NCBI RefSeq assembly: GCF_001194135.2
Contig: NC_068989.1
Location: 95,802,746-95,866,745 of the forward strand
DNA from: Octopus bimaculoides
Taxonomy: Eukaryota
Direction: 5' to 3'
DNA: 64,000 nt
This document shows positions 25,916 through 39,208 of this stretch, in pieces. Position numbers and translations under genes: made by a program. Position 1 is the stretch's first letter. Each line of letters begins with the position of its first letter. The notes below the pieces were generated by a model. That model made no database searches. It was not told where the DNA came from and saw nothing but the letters and a program-made list of their open reading frames with translations.

Positions 25916-28034
25916 ATAGATATATATATATATAAATATATGCTAGATATATATATATAATATATAATATATGCTAGATATATATATATAATATATATAA
26001 ACTGGTTGGAGTTGCCGTAAGTGAATTAATCATAAACGTTAGTCAATACAAGAAATGAATTTTATCATATTTCCTAACCCAACATCAAGTATAGTAGTAA
26101 TAGTTCGCACGCGCGCACATGCATAAAATGTATATATATGCAAATTGCTTAGAATAATTAAATATTGATTTCCAATAAAATCAATGTTTTTATTTGAAAA
26201 CGAGACAAGAGTTAATCAATCTGACACATTACTATTGGTAGTTATTGTAATGACCACATATAGATTTGAACTTCGTAACGGGAACGTTACAGAACTGTGT
26301 GCTTACAGAACAGACGATTGTCTACAGTGAAAAATACTTTAAACTCAACAATGTTATTATAAGGTCTTGTTCTATTCTAGTTACCTAAAAAGAACAGATT
26401 ATATAAATATATTATAATCTGAGAGCTTTTATGCTTTCATCCAGCTTTCTAGAAATAACAGCCAAGTCTTTCTATCATATCATAATGATTTACTATAAGT
26501 ACACTTTGGATAATGTTTTCTTTGATGCACATGGCTTGAAACGACGAAAAAAAAAAAAGGGAACAAAAGGGATGACGAAGACAGGAATGGGTGATACAAA
26601 TCTACTCATAAGAGGCGACCTGGGGTTAAACAACAGCCTGTACAGCGAGTTGTGCATAAGAAATTTCAGTTAAATTTTATAGCACCAACTGTCAGCGGGC
26701 TAATGAAACGTATGTGATATAAAATTATCTTTTAAAACAAAAGTCTATAAAAATAAAATTCAGTCTTTATGTAAAAGTTATTACAGAATAACATAAAATC
26801 ATGTCCTATGCAGGTTATATAATTAGTTTCATTACCAATTTATCATTAAATCATACACAGGATAGCTTTTGATTGCCATTGAAGACAATTATGTAACAAA
26901 TTACTTCGGCTAAACCTTTTTAGATTCGTCTCGATGTTAGTTAATGATTTAAAATAAATTAGTAGTAATTGCAAAACCTAATGAGCTAACATTCAAGTTA
27001 ATTGTTTGTACATCTTTTTACTTGTCAATAAAGAGAATAAAAATTAAAAAAAACGCCAAACGAATATAAAATTTTACAAAAAAAAAAGAAGTTTGTCTGA
27101 TGATATTCTAATGAATTGGAGAATTATCGCTAGTAGCAAAATGATTTTGGTCAAGATTCTTCAAATAAATTGAATAAAATAAATCTCAACAGGTTCCGAT
27201 TAACTAACGAGCAATAACATACGGATAATATGGTAAAAATTCTAAATCGTGCAACCAAATCAGTGCAACTACTTCTTTCAATAATTAGGATCTTTGATCT
27301 AAAAGTGAGTGAAAAAAATATAAGTACACACACATACATATATATATATATATAACAATTCTGTCCAGAAATATTTATTGGGTTTCTTCTGTGGCATACA
27401 TATTATTTTCGAGACGAATCATTTTCTGAATTGACTACGGAGGCAGGAAAACTCGGAATTTAGACAATCTTTCGTTTTGACTTGAAGGCGTGTGCGCGCA
27501 ACTCAGCTGTTACCATTCGGCGTTTGGTAAATTGCGTAAAGTTTTAAAAATTATTTTTGTGGAAACATAGCCGGAATTTAATAGCAGAGTATACATCGAG
27601 TACCTCGGCAACAGTTCAGTCGGATTCAGAATAATTACATAATTGCTAAGCAACGATCAATATTTTGAGCTATTCAGTACTTTTTTTTTTAATGTAAAGG
27701 GCAACATATCCAAGTTATGAAGTAATTTTTGCCTCCAATTTATAAGAAGAGGAGGAGCAATCACAGATATCTGAAACCAACACCGGATATTCCGTCGATA
27801 TAGTTTTGAAAAGTCAGACAGAGAAATGCGGAAGCAATGTGGAGAATATCGAATCCAAATATATCTCCTACATGGATAACTAATGAATCAGATTGACAAG
27901 AAAATGCCATGAGGGCATGCATGTAAGCAGATACATATAAATTGTCACTAAACATGACTACGACGTTAATAAACACCTACATTGCTACAAATAAGAGCTA
28001 AAATGCTCTAAACGCTGTAGTCAAAGCACATAGT

Positions 28035-28113
<79 letters not shown>

Positions 28114-28333
28114 ATACACACACACAACACTTTAGCTCTTATTTCTAGCAATGTCGGTGTATCTAGCAGCAAAGTCATATTTAGTGACAACTTTAGCTTT
28201 CCTTGTGGATAAAACATTCAACAGTGTCGTCTAAATTAATTTTCTGCATTCACATTAGCGAATCGCTAAATGACCCATAGATTTTTATGGTGGGAGCGTA
28301 TCCGGACCGAGACTTATGTCCGGAATCTGCCTA

Positions 28334-28407
28334 AGTCGAGCTAGTCCTTAGTGATGAAGCAATGGAAATTGTCGAAACTGACCGGTCAGTATAGGGAATT
28401 CTCGATT
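28334..28407 (+). ncRNA. Type I hammerhead ribozyme-like fold (core C3 replaced by G)
   Basis: Stem I tcctta(28345-50)/taggga(28392-97), extended by agtcgag(28334-40)/ctcgatt(28401-07). Core GTGATGA (28351-57). Stem II gcaat-GGAA-attgt. GAAA (28374-77). Palindromic stem III actgac-cg-gtcagt. GUA cleavage triplet at 28389-91. Confidence 0.75.
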
Positions 28408-28589
28408 GGTGTTTTCGAGCGATTATAGTCCTGTCAGTGTGTGTATGTATGTGTGTATGTTTATATATATACACACACACACAATTATGTGCTTAGCTTT
28501 TTATTTCTAGCAATGTAGGTGCTTCTAACACCCTAGCCATATCGAGAAACAATTAAAGTTTTCGTTTTTGGTACGACATTGCACATTGC

Positions 28590-28883
28590 TGAATGACCAT
28601 GGGATTATACGAAGAAAGTTACCCGCCGAGGCATAAGTCCGGGCAAGGTTGTTTATGGAAGACGAGCAGTCATCCATGCATACCAGCCTCCTCTCTCCAC
28701 GCCACCGATGTTGTCCAAGAAAAAGGCTGATAAAGTTTGGCACCAGTAACATTGCAACTCATTGCTACAGCAACATGAAACAAAGTGTCTTGCTCAAGAA
28801 CACAACACAGTCCGGTTCATGAATCGAACTCACTACCTTATGATTATGAGCCCGACGCTCTTACGACTGAGCCATGCACTTTC
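28590..28883 (-). mobile_element. tRNA-derived SINE (family A), reverse copy
   Basis: Reverse complement of the 14178-14510 element (catgcataccagcctcc, ttggcaccagt, tcttgctcaagaacacaac, gagccatgcac). Confidence 0.85.
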
Positions 28884-29281
28884 ACATGTGTGTATAAACA
28901 CACACACACCCGTGTTATATATTCTAGCCTGGTTCATTGCCTTTCTTTGCCTGGATTCTCCGTTCTAGGCTCGATTTTAGGTATATAGTCCAGTCTGAAC
29001 ATTAATTGTCTGAAACCAGATAAAAAAAAAGTCACATGTAATACTATCATATATAAATAGTGTCGTCAGTATGTACAAGTTGTGTATCGCCAGTTAAGGA
29101 TCAATAACGGATTTGAACTATTTTCTGTTCTATTACTTTGTTTATGGTACTTTAATAAATTGTAACTGACTTGAATATTTTAGTTTGATTACCTGACTTT
29201 AGACAAAATTGTGAGTTTATCACTGGCCACGAATTGTCTGTCTCTATTATATTCCTTTTTGCCACTCGACAAAAAAAAAAA

Positions 29282-29792
29282 GACATAATGAGGATCGAAG
29301 CGCCACAAAGATCAATCACTTAAAAAATAAATGGCATGACGGGACTTGATTATTGGGCTCAACTTAAACAGCTGAAACTATTCTTCTCTGCAGCGCAACC
29401 GTGAGCGATACATTGTTTGTACCATGTGGAAAATGTTCCACCAATATTATCCAAATGATATCGGTATTATGTTTACAATTCACCCAAGACTAGGCCCCCG
29501 TACAATGAAACCCCTACATAGGTCGAGATCACATCACATAAGATTGCGACACAATTTCTTCACTGCAAATGGTCCTGCTCTTTTCAATGTTATCTTTTTA
29601 AACGGTACCTGGAGAAATTCCTCCAGGAAATATCGGACGAACCACCTACACTTGGATACGTCTCAACCAACAACAACTCTCTGCTTAAGTGGTCCATGGT
29701 GTCCCGAAATAATTAACTAAAAGACTTTTCCAGGGGTTGTCATTGAGTTAGTCATGGCCTGGGCCAATAATGGGCGAAACCAATCTAAGTCT
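29282..29792 (+). mobile_element. CR1-clade LINE, 5'-truncated 3' end
   Basis: IEAPQRSIT*KINGMTGLDYWAQLKQLKL.SLQRNRERYI...WK...NFF..NGPALFN...FKRYLEKFLQEISDEP matches the CR1 RT C-terminal consensus (IE.VQR.FT..I.GM..L.YW.RLK.L.LYSLQRRRERY). Confidence 0.88.
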
Positions 29793-29845
<53 letters not shown>

Positions 29846-32800
29846 CTCACTCTAAACTATCCGACGAATGGGAACGTGAAACTGAGGAAGTAGTTGTTTG
29901 TGATATTTTTATTAATAATAATAAAGAATATTACTCCACCTCCGGTTTCACATTTATGCGCTAACTTTTGTAGATAGATATTATCATCATTATTATTATT
30001 GACCTTAAGAAATGTTAATTCTGGCTAAACAAAGCATGTAATTCGAAAATCAGCTCAATGTTCTTGAATAACATGTCGGTGTTTGAAGGCGCTGTTCTAA
30101 CTACAGAGCTTGTAACAGCACACGCTCAGCACAAGAGTAAACAAAGTCAGAAAGGAATGTTAATTTCAAGGTGTAGAAAAATAAATGATGTGTGAATACG
30201 TTATGTCGATTGCTAGGATAATGAATGGCATGTGTAGCGTAGACTGTTATGTACATTTCTAGAAATAAATCTCGGTCGGTTTCGATGATGAAAATGGAGT
30301 TGTTCGATCTTCTGAGACCACTTTTTTATATTGGGCAGTCCTTAGGTATTGGAAGACATCATCCATCCACACACACACACACCCTTCCCTCATAACATAA
30401 AGAGGATGATGACGTTGCCCGCCTCAAACCGACACTCAGTTGAGTAATGCCAAAGGATCGCTGCTCATTTAAATAGCGAGCAATTGACTGGACATTCAAC
30501 AGACCTTTAGCATTAATCCTAAAGTATAACTCGGCGGGTTAACATGCTGTTTACCGTCGCAAAATACTAAAAGTAAAGTGTCCTTCGAAAGTATATTGTG
30601 ATAGAAACTGGCAGTAAGACCAGTGATGTACCAAAGTTTCATAAAATACATTTCATATCTAACGGGTAGGCTTCATCTTTGAGTCTCGGCAACTTCTATT
30701 TACTCACCAGTTTGAAACCATTCAATTTAATTTTGTTGATCAAAATGATGACAGCATCTATGCACAGACATAGGCGGGAGATGAGTGGCTGCCAAGAAGA
30801 AAATTTAGCAACAGTGTGGGAACAGTGAGGATTTATTTACACCATATCTTCATGAGCATGTACGGCGAAACAAATTTAGAGGTCTTGGAAAACTATTCGC
30901 GATTCTCAGTTCGTGCATCGATGACTGTTATGTTTTCCTGCAAACGCGACTGTTTTCATTTTGTATAAAAGATGTGAACGGTTTTCATGTAATAAATGTG
31001 TACGTTTACATATTAAGAACATTGGTAAGTCACATACAGTATTTACACGAAGTTACGGGCTGTCGATGTCATTTCCAGTTTCTATCGCAATTTACTTTCG
31101 TTTTCTAAGAACAATTTACTTTCTGTATAACGTTTAAACGACTCAGACAAGGGACTTTAAGGTCACGCTAAGATGTTACATAATGAGATAGAACGTAGGA
31201 CTTCATGGTTACGAAGTGAATTTGTTAACAAGTACCACTGTGCATGTGACGATTCACCTGTTTAAGAATATTTGACGTCTGAGCGAAAAACTGAAGCTGG
31301 TTCTTTAGGAGCACCAATCGCTCATTGGTTGGAGCTGGAAACCAATTTTATCTGCTCAGTAAAATAAAGTACAGCTAAATCACAAAGTAGCGTAGTTTGT
31401 AATGAAATGAAATACTGGACAATATTGGTGATGAATCCTCGATCTTGCAACATCCACCTCAACGTGAGATGAAAATTGCCACAAGCTATAAAAATATCAC
31501 ATCACTGAAGATTGGGTTTTCGGATTCACCAGCGCCTCTTGTTTCTAACAATAAAAATGCATTATTTCATACAAACTTTTCCTTTCACTAGTTAGAAGCC
31601 ACGTAGAGTAAACGGAATATGAAATGTTTGTTTTCCTCTTCCAAACATTTTGTTTTTAAACATCCACTTGTAAATGTAGTGGAAAGTTTCCTTATCAATA
31701 AATATTTTAAGTCAAATCCATTTGAGTGAACACATACACACGTAGGAGAGAGATTGGGATAAAGGTTAAAGGCTGTTCCTGTTCCTTATAACGCAATAGA
31801 GTCGAGTTAGCAACTGAGTTTGATCCATGAAAATATGTTTGTCACGCTTCAAGTCTGCTACATTCCTGTAAAGGAAAAAGCACAAAAGAAGCAATCTTTC
31901 TAATGCTGCATGGTCTATGTGGTGTGCATTTTACAAACTTAAATGATTCTCAGACACTGTCACGGGTCAGAAACCTTTGTCATAAATTAGTTTATTTTTA
32001 TGTCTGGATTATTTGAAACATTTAAATATTTTAAACAGAAGACNNNNNNNNNNNNNNNNNNNNNNNNNNNNNNNNNNNNNNNNNNNNNNNNNNNNNNNNN
32101 NNNNNNNNNNNNNNNNNNNNNNNNNNNNNNNNNNNNNNNNNNNNNNNNNNNNNNNNNNNNNNNNNNNNNNNNNNNNNNNNNNNNNNNNNNNNNNNNNNNN
32201 NNNNNNNNNNNNNNNNNNNNNNNNNNNNNNNNNNNNNNNNNNNNNNNNNNNNNNNNNNNNNNNNNNNNNNNNNNNNNNNNNNNNNNNNNNNNNNNNNNNN
32301 NNNNNNNNNNNNNNNNNNNNNNNNNNNNNNNNNNNNNNNNNNNNNNNNNNNNNNNNNNNNNNNNNNNNNNNNNNNNNNNNNNNNNNNNNNNNNNNNNNNN
32401 NNNNNNNNNNNNNNNNNNNNNNNNNNNNNNNNNNNNNNNNNNNNNNNNNNNNNNNNNNNNNNNNNNNNNNNNNNNNNNNNNNNNNNNNNNNNNNNNNNNN
32501 NNNNNNNNNNNNNNNNNNNNNNNNNNNNNNNNNNNNNNNNNNNNNNNNNNNNNNNNNNNNNNNNNNNNNNNNNNNNNNNNNNNNNNNNNNNNNNNNNNNN
32601 NNNNNNNNNNNNNNNNNNNNNNNNNNNNNNNNNNNNNGTATGCAGTCAGAGACGTTGCAATGAATTTGTAGAGATTCAGTACAATTGTCTGAAATTGTTT
32701 CTATAGCTAACTTCAATTATCATTTTCAACCTAAAGATAAAAAAAGATACAGATGACCACGTGCAGAAAGAGTGCTTGTAAATATGAAATCTGTTAGATT

Positions 32801-34230
32801 CAAGTTTTTTCAACTTCAGACGTACAATGTCTGATAACCTATTTCTCATATTTATCAATCTGAAGAACAGCTACATATGTTTTTGCGCCTTTTTTTGTTA
32901 ATTCTATTTTATTTATTTATTTATTATTATTATCATTATTATTGTGCTTTTCATCTTCGTTTTAATCGACCAGCTGTTGTATTTCAAAATCATCTATCAA
33001 CGATAAAACTGAATACAAAAGTTCACAAAAAAAGGTGTCACTTAGATACAGCATGTTTATGAGTATTAAACACCTGCATTCGCCATTTCCGTTTCTGAAA
33101 GTTTTTATTTCAAGTATCTGTTGGAAAAGAAAGGGAAAATTGCCCTTTTCCAAGGAAACCCAATGCTTTCAGTCACTAAAGCACGTGTACAGGTGAATGT
33201 ATAACTAGGGGTTATATTCAAGCTACATAGGTGAGGGAAAAAAAAAACATGCGCAAACACTGAAAATAAACCCGAGCACGTACAAAAGAAATAACGTTGC
33301 CCGACGTCCTGCGATAGCAGGATGGCGCCTCACACTGAATGACTAATAACCATTGACCCCTTTTAGACTATTCAACCTCATTTAAAAAGCTTAGAGCCAT
33401 GCAAGTATTAAAAAAAAAAGAGAAAAAGGAAGAGATACGGTTGTCAATAAGGAAAAAAGAACACGAGTGAGAAAATGGAGTAGATGTATAATTATAGTGG
33501 AAAAAAAAAAAGGACAGACAAGCGGAGTAGAAAGAGAGTATTCATTTGAAGCAAAAGTAATGTTTAAAGCAGACAGCATGAAAAACAAACTAAAAAAAGA
33601 AATGCACACTCATGTCCTGTCTCACATTCCTCCACATGAACAAACCAAAATACATTGATCTTTATTTAGAAAGCACGTGGATACCGGCCTTTTTTGTTTG
33701 CCTCTACCCCTCCGTCCACTAAATGCTCTTATCTAAACAGACGAACCCTTCTACGTCAATTGATAAAACTCAAGAAAGAACAGTTGTTTTCCACTAGTCT
33801 GTGTGTAACTAGTATCTTGTTTGCTTTAGTTTCATTCCATGTTCAGAGACAAACCTTAATATTTAAGATATAAACAAATTTCATGTACAAGATGTAAAAA
33901 GCAGTTGGATTATAATTTAATAAAAAGAGTGAAATCTTGTCATGATTTTAATTTATTCAATAAAACAGACCTAAGAAAAGTTAAAATGAACCAGGCTTTT
34001 ATTAAACTTAATCCGATAAAACATCCAACACCAACGCGATATTAAGGTTAAAAATATAGTATTACAATTTTAATATAAGCCTCCTCGTAAGCCCAATAAA
34101 AAACATTCACTTTACAAGTTTGTAGTAAAACTAATGGCTAAAGAAGTGAAAGTTATATATAATATATATATATTACATACACACACTATATACACAGCAT
34201 TTGGAATGTTAGAAAACATTCTTTAACTTA

Positions 34231-34562
34231 GATGCAGACCTGGCTGATAGTTAAGAAGCTCGCTTTCTAACCACGTGGCTTCTGCTTTAATCATACCACA
34301 CGTAGCTTAAGCCACCGCCTTCCATTAGAAGCCCCCCAGACCGACAAAATGCCTTGGAGTCAGTTTGGAAGACGAAAACTGAGGAAGTCCAGCATATATA
34401 CACACAAACACAAGTCTGTGTTGTGTTTGTATCCCACCCACCCACTGCTTGACAACTGATGTTGGTTTGTTTACGTCCGCGTAACTTAGCACTTCAGTGA
34501 AAGAACCGATAAAGAATAAGTGACAGGATTAAAATTTGACTAATCAGTTCGTGAAAGTATGG
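34231..34562 (+). mobile_element. tRNA-derived SINE (family D)
   Basis: gatgcagacctggctgatagttaagaagctcgctttctaaccacgtgg head, ggaagacgaaaactgaggaagtcc plus microsatellite, then tgcttgacaactgatgttggtttgtttacgtcc tail. Related copies lie at about 9550, 44720, 48330(-), 51900(-), 53678, 56740(-) and 57900(-). Confidence 0.75.
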
Positions 34563-37074
34563 CCGCAAAACGATAAATATCATTAGCCTTTCTTTAGATG
34601 TGGATTTGATGTAATTAAGACACCAAATACATTTGTAAATATGTTACCAAAATTGTCAACGATGTGTGTATCAAGTTGATTCCTCAATTCTTAAATCTAG
34701 TCTAGAAATTAAACCCATCCTATAACAATTAGCGACTTTGTCAAGTATCAAATACACCAGATTATGAAATTAGCGAATATACAAACAATGAAACTGCTGG
34801 TTAATTGATGACAAATATATTTGTCACGATGGAAACGGAAAGATGGGGGTGTGGAATCAAAAGTTATGAAAGAGATGAATATTGAAACCGTGATACGAAT
34901 ATGGAGAATATAGCATAGAAGGAAGATTTTGTAGCTTTTAAACATTATCCTAGACTAAGGGTGAGGCAGAAAATCCCACCCACTCATTTCTAAAAATTAT
35001 GACTGCCTTTTTATTTTTTTATTTTTGTAACCATGTTACATTAATACTACTCTCTCTCTCTCTCTCTCTTCGTAGTATCGTTTAGCAATTTATTTCAATG
35101 AGCTGAGGATGAAATTCTAGTCGTATGAAAAAAAAAAAAAAAGATATCAAATATATAAAAAAAAACACACACACACACAGTTTTCTGAGCTACCTCACTT
35201 TTTATAGGACGAAATTGGAATAACAACGTTGCTTCAGAGCGGAAGAAGAGAGAAGGTGAACAGACAAGAAATATGAAAAGGCAAAGTTAACGAGTGCAGG
35301 CGTGCTTAGCAACACAAGCATTCCTCAGATAAATATTGTTGTTCACTTATGAACGAGGAAGTAAAAAAAAATAACATTTTGTCGCCAAGGTTAGAAATTA
35401 TACGGACATTCTCTCTCGTAGAGATTAAGGCCACAAAATTTACAAACAAATTTCTAACATCCTACATACATATTTCGAATTATTATGTGAGAGTAATGAA
35501 CTTTTGCTTAGGTGTAATTTCGAAGGAATGATTAAGCAGCAAATCTTTGCAATTAATTAAGTTTTAAATTAGCTTAAGTATGAATTTTCCTGTTACCTGC
35601 GTATTAGGCGAGATGAAAATACATAATCAAAATAAATGGAGATCGGAGAATATTTCGAAAATTAAAGTTTTAATTATAGCAGTTTTGATGTTCATGCCCT
35701 TCCTAAACACATTAATTAGCAACGGAAATAAAATGAATGGCTCTAAGCAATGAAACCTGAGCAGTGTATACTTCATATAAGGGGTTAAAGCTTCTCACTA
35801 TCTCTCTCTCTCTCTCTCTCTACCCATGGTGGTCGCCTAAAAACACGATATTAAAGATAACATTCAAGATAGATATACATCGTAGATAAATTATATTAAA
35901 TGGAGATGTGAGCGAACACGGCCTTTTTATCACGTACTACAAATATTGAAAGCAACAGTAGACACAAAACTCGTGTATCCAATATACCAGACGATGATAG
36001 AAGGTGAAAATTAAAAGGTCAACTGCCTCAATAAATTAGAACTTAGAGACAAAAAGTCACATGAAAACACAAGTACATGACATGTTTTATTATTTTTTTT
36101 TTAATGTTTGGTGGAAAATACTGAATGAAACTTTCTAATACCATTAAATAAACTGTGTGGTCATAGCGTACAAGTCGTATACAGTTAATAGAGACAAAAT
36201 TGATTATAAACCTATTGAAAAAAGTCTTAATTACAAAACTTTAATAAATGTGTCGTTCACTATTTAGGTTATATAGTAACCGTTTCTCGACAATTGTTGA
36301 AGAAATGAACTTTTTAAACATATCCGAATCTTGTCACATTTCTTGGAAAATTCCAACATTTAAAGATTTCATCGATCATTCTGCCAAACTTGCAAATCTT
36401 TCTTATATTCGACAACAAAACGAGAAATCTCAAATACAGTTTTATGTGGTGGTGTTTATTCCTTTCCAAATGACTATAAACTGGTAATGCATTTCAGAGT
36501 GTATAGTTTAATTCCGGACTTCTTTTTTTTTTTTTTCTTGGAAGATATAATTTATGGAATAATTCAATAAATGAGAAAGAAAATAAACCTTAGCTAATCA
36601 AGTTTTAAATGAAAAAATAAATAAATAAATGAATGTTCAATTTCCTTTATGAATAAATTCTATTGTAATATAGTCTAATAAATAATATGACATTTTTATC
36701 ATCTGCAGATCGCCGGTAATAAAACTGTCTTTGTCTACTATCAAAATTGTCCTTTTCTTATATCTTTCTTTTTTTTTTTGTTTTGTTGTTGGTTGGTTGG
36801 TTTCCTGATTGGATTAAATTGCCGATATAAACACAGGTCCTATTGTTGCTTGTACAATGATAATTTGTCTTGTTTCAAAATTCACACCATTGAAGTTTAT
36901 AGATTATCCAACTATATAAAAAGATCTAAGAAAATACAAAAGATTTGTAAATTAATACTTAAAAGTTTTCTTTAAAAAAAAAAAAACGACTGTTGAACTC
37001 GTTATAAACAAAGTAGAAAAACTAAGGCGAATCTTATGTATACACACACACACACANNNNNNNNNNNNNNNNNN

Positions 37075-37126
<52 letters not shown>

Positions 37127-38199
37127 CCTAGGATCATGCTACCATCACCTTCATATCATTTTCTTAGGTAGTGCGTAGCTAGGACTGCATTATCCAATTT
37201 CTCCTTGTCCTTTTCAAGATGGTATAGAGTGTGCTTTGAGAAGGGAGATTTAACTGTAATTTTTAGCAAGTCGATTGGCCTCTTAAGGACTCTTTCGTAA
37301 GATCATATACTTGTATTTGATGTGTGTGTGTGATAAGTAATTAACTGAGTGTTCTGGTATTTGAGGCATTTACTTGTCATCACCTCCTCCTCCGCTATAT
37401 TTCAGTAGTACCTGCTTTTAAAAGCACGCCACTTCAGCTAAAATGTATGGCAAACACGTGTTTTCTCCGTGTATTTAACTAATCTCTGCAAAACAGTTAA
37501 ACGATAAATAAACGAACATGCTTCGCGTAATCATCTTTTATTTAACATTTCTTGCATTAAACACAAAATTAGTGACAGTGACTGGCTGTGAATTTTCACA
37601 TTTGTTGATGTTTGTGAACATGAAAAAATTAAAAAAAGAGAATCAAATAGTAGCTGTTGTTACTGTTTAACACCAGGTCAACCTTTGAGAGACCACAGTT
37701 ATGATCAAAGGCATTCCAGCTGATCACAACTCGATTCTTTTAAGGGTGGTTTCTTTTCCCTAATTAAGACGTGTGACTTCACTGATGTTTCTAGTAGGTC
37801 GATCAACCACATAGACTCTTCGATTGGGCTCGTGAATCAAGTTGTTGCGGATTTATTTCTAAACATATTGAATACTTCCAGTTATGTTAGATTTAATCTC
37901 TTATATTTATCCTCAAATATAATGCTTTCGTAACTGACTCATCGTTTTATCATTGATTTCTCACGTAAAGAGACATACTACTCCACATATATGNNNNNNN
38001 NNNNNNNNNNNNNNNNNNNNNNNNNNNNNNNNNNNNNNNNNNNNNNNNNNNNNNNNNNNNNNNNNNNNNNNNNNNNNNNNNNNNNNNNNNNNNNNNNNNN
38101 NNNNNNNNNNNNNNNNNNNNNNNNNNNNNNNNNNNNNNNNNNNNNNNNNNNNNNNNNNNNNNNNNNNNNNNNNNNNNNNNNNNNNNNNNNNNNNNNNNN

Positions 38200-38233
<34 letters not shown>

Positions 38234-39171
38234 GGAGATTAAAAATTGAGCTGATGATGTTAACGCCTTTGCTTAGAGCAATAAGGGAAGTAAATGGCTC
38301 CAGATCGAAATAAAGTAGCAACCATTAAACAACAGCATTCAGTTAAGTATCCACTCATTATGATGTGATCGCTCGCCATGTGTTTTAAATTAAATAGATT
38401 TATTACAGAAGTAGAAGCTTTCAGACTGAAAGTAAAATGTTACTGTGACTGATATTACACACACGCATAGAAATATGTATTTGGTGTGTATAGAATGAGT
38501 GCGTGTGTAGATAGATTTAAATGAAACAAGAGTCAAAGCCGGTTCGGAGTCAACAGGTGGTGGTTGGTAGGTATTATAATGCAAACAGAAAAAGAAATAA
38601 TAGTAACTTGATGGCAACAGGCGAAGTTCAATAACCACAAATAAATGAAACTAGGACCAAGTGTTACAATAACCCATGTGCCTTCTTCAAATCTGCGGTT
38701 GGAAGTAAGTTGAATCAGGCCCCGACCGGCAAAACTTTGATGGCACTCCAAACTCTCTCTCTCACACACACCTGCACACGTGTGTGTGACACACATTATT
38801 GTGGGTGTGTACATACATAACTTCATGTAAGTATTGTAAATCCTAGTACACACTGTATTTGACATTTTTCAAAAGTGATACACTGTTCCTCATTGTTTCA
38901 ATTACATAATCATAGCACCAACTACCTGTTGAGTTGTTGTGCATTAAATGATTAAATATTTCACAAGTGCGTCAAGTCTGATAATCAAGATACATGTGTG
39001 TGTGTGTGTATGACAGACTGTCTGCGTGTGTGTGTGTGTACATGATACAGTATGATATTAGGAATATTTATTTACCCATGGGCCACGCTGTACTGATACT
39101 ATAGTTTATGTATATATAGTATATATGAAGACATGCATATATAAGCTTTCTCTCTCTCTCTCTCTCTCTCT

Positions 39172-39208
<37 letters not shown>

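Larger units (their letters stand above)
2313..38199. other. Assembly gaps (N runs) at 2313-2823, 16315-16415, 21819-21828, 32044-32637, 37057-37074, 37994-38199
   Basis: Direct inspection. Most gaps abut (TA)n arrays, and they could hide exons. Confidence 1.

Noticed and set aside
27745-27885. Acidic open frame EEEEQSQISETNTGYSVDIVLK... on the plus strand
   Set aside because: About 45 codons, no upstream plus-strand gene context and no recognisable family.
30270-30325. Hammerhead-like words on the minus strand (CAGAAGA...GAAAC); similar at 39468-39512
   Set aside because: The core is mismatched, there is no UH triplet in register, and stems II/III do not form.
2267-38321. Long ORFs at 2267, 2298, 16176, 21625, 32000-32716, 36952 and 37950-38321
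   Set aside because: Artefacts of N runs translating as X.
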